From the NCBI GenBank assembly GCA_964016885.1, contig OZ024741.1:60388001-60452000 (forward strand): a DNA stretch of 64,000 nt, read 5' to 3'. Both the position numbers and the translations under genes were made by a program. This document shows positions 62,300 to 64,000 of the stretch, piece after piece; positions within the stretch are counted from its first letter, which is position 1; each line of letters opens with the position of its first letter. The stretch is from Eledone cirrhosa (Eukaryota). The notes under the pieces are model-generated. The model saw nothing but the letters and a program-made list of their open reading frames with translations, searched no databases and was not told the origin of the DNA.

Positions 62300-63119
62300 T
62301 TTATATGTGCGTGTATTTGTATACCTATGGCGCGTGTTTGCGCGTATGCTTGTGTATGTACGTATTTGGATGCGTGTATGTATTTATTAAATTTCAAATA
62401 CCTCTGTATTTTATTTACTTTATTCTTAACTCTGAAGCGGAGAATCATTCGGTTTCCTAGTTAGAATTTTAGTCTACAACTTCAGTTATACCGTTTAGGT
62501 GGTTTTGTCTTTGCGTGCTATTGTTCTCCACGATCAACATGTGACGTATTATCTTCGTTTTTTCCGTTCATTGCCAGAGAACGTCTCTATGAACCACTCA
62601 AGAGAATATTAGTCTACGACTTCTTTTATGCCATAAACGTGGTTCTGTCTTTGCGTGTAATTGTTTTTCACCGCTCCAAATAATGACGTATTATCTTCGT
62701 TTTTTCCGTTCATTGCCAGAGAACGTCTCTATGAACCACTCAAGAGAATATTAGTCTACGACTTCTTTTATGCCATAAACGTGGTTCTGTCTTTGCGTGT
62801 AATTGTTTTTCACCGCTCCAAATAATGACGTATTATATTCGTTTTCTTCCGTTCTTTGCCAGGGAACGTTTCCACGAACCAAAGTACCGTCTTCCTGTCT
62901 TCCTCTGGTTGCAACGTTTATTCAAATATTCACTACTGCGTTTATAGATTGACTTTGTTAGTTTCAGAAGATCCCGTTAAGGGTGAAAGCAGCGATTCTT
63001 TGCTTAAACTTTAATCTGTTATTTTAATAAATATTTGCTCTACGGTTCTTATATATTTTATATATATTTATCCTTATCGAGCCCTCTTTGGATTTTAGTC
63101 TCCAATTTATTATTATTAC

Positions 63120-63120
<1 letters not shown>
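61068..63120. mobile_element. Family B tail-out inverted pair, ~840 bp arms
   Basis: 61068-61905 is the reverse complement of 62040-63030; right arm has a near-exact 142 bp duplication; HHRs at 61078-61151 (-) and 62945-63018 (+). Confidence 0.85.
62945..63018 (+). ncRNA. Type I hammerhead-like motif, family B (U4A core, CUU site)
   Basis: TAGATTGA/TTAATCTG + bulge + AGTTT/AAACT; CAGAAGA; CCC/GGG; GAA; AGCAG/TTGCT. Confidence 0.7.
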
Positions 63121-63205
<85 letters not shown>

Positions 63206-64000
63206 AATAATATTATTTATACTTATATATACACTATATATAATTATAAACAAGAAAGGTCAGTAATTCATTACCACCAGTAAGAAAAATAACTCAATGT
63301 ATATACACCAGACGTTATACAGAGCCGGAATATAAATTACAGAATAATCAAAACTATGTTCAAATCATTTTATTGCTGACAATTGTTTCTTCCAAACTTT
63401 CGTTTGGAATCATTGGAACGCTAGCCAAGTTTAGACATATAATTTACCTCCTATTCCACAGAACAATCGTAAAGATACATAGATGTTAGTGTTGTCATTA
63501 ACAGTGTCATATTTAAAGAGTGAAGATGATGTGGTCAGTATCAGTGGATGCGACAAAGATTATAAAAGAATAATACAACAATTATAGAGGAATTAAAGAA
63601 CAAAGTTACTCGCAAAACGAGGACATTAGCAGTACATATGCAAGCGTATAGAAAGAGTATAGATGTGTTAGGCATGCACAAAATAACCGGGTAAGAAACA
63701 AACAATGGTACTAAGCATATATATCACAGTATGGCAAAGGTATCACATAATACAATACAGGTATAAGAGCATATTAAGCAGACAGAGGTGCGTGGGTATG
63801 AAAAGCAGTTTCTATGAAGTTTATGGTGGATGTAATGTAATAATTGTTCCGGTAATTTTCAAATGTGCATGTGTTGTAAGTATTAATATCAAGGTTTTCC
63901 TTTCCATTACATTGGTTATATTTTAGTAAATGTTTATCAGTAGTTACAACTATGGATTGTATATTGGTCCTATTACAATCATATCAAGGGTTCGAGTTGT

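Overview
AT-rich eukaryotic DNA made almost entirely of repeats; no host gene is confidently identifiable. The SINE families and extreme (TA)n content suggest an octopus/coleoid genome (inference). Most ORF-track entries are microsatellite artefacts. The window is a pile-up of retroelements inserted into (TA)n tracts: Penelope-like element (PLE) remnants (RT + GIY-YIG), CR1, RTE and R4/Dong LINE fragments, tRNA-derived SINEs and fold-back elements. The main signal is RNA structure: about 35-40 hammerhead ribozyme (HHR) motifs by manual count. Eighteen belong to a non-coding ~420-435 bp tandem family, a retrozyme-like element with a type I HHR, covarying stem I, palindromic stem III and a conserved octamer; four of its seven loci are tail-out inverted pairs in (TA)n. 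Other families carry variant catalytic cores (U4A; U3-A8). An RTE copy with a 5' inversion shows a cluster of apparent A-to-G changes consistent with retrotransposition of an ADAR hyper-edited RNA. All folds and alignments were done by eye, element boundaries are approximate, and novelty was not checked against databases.
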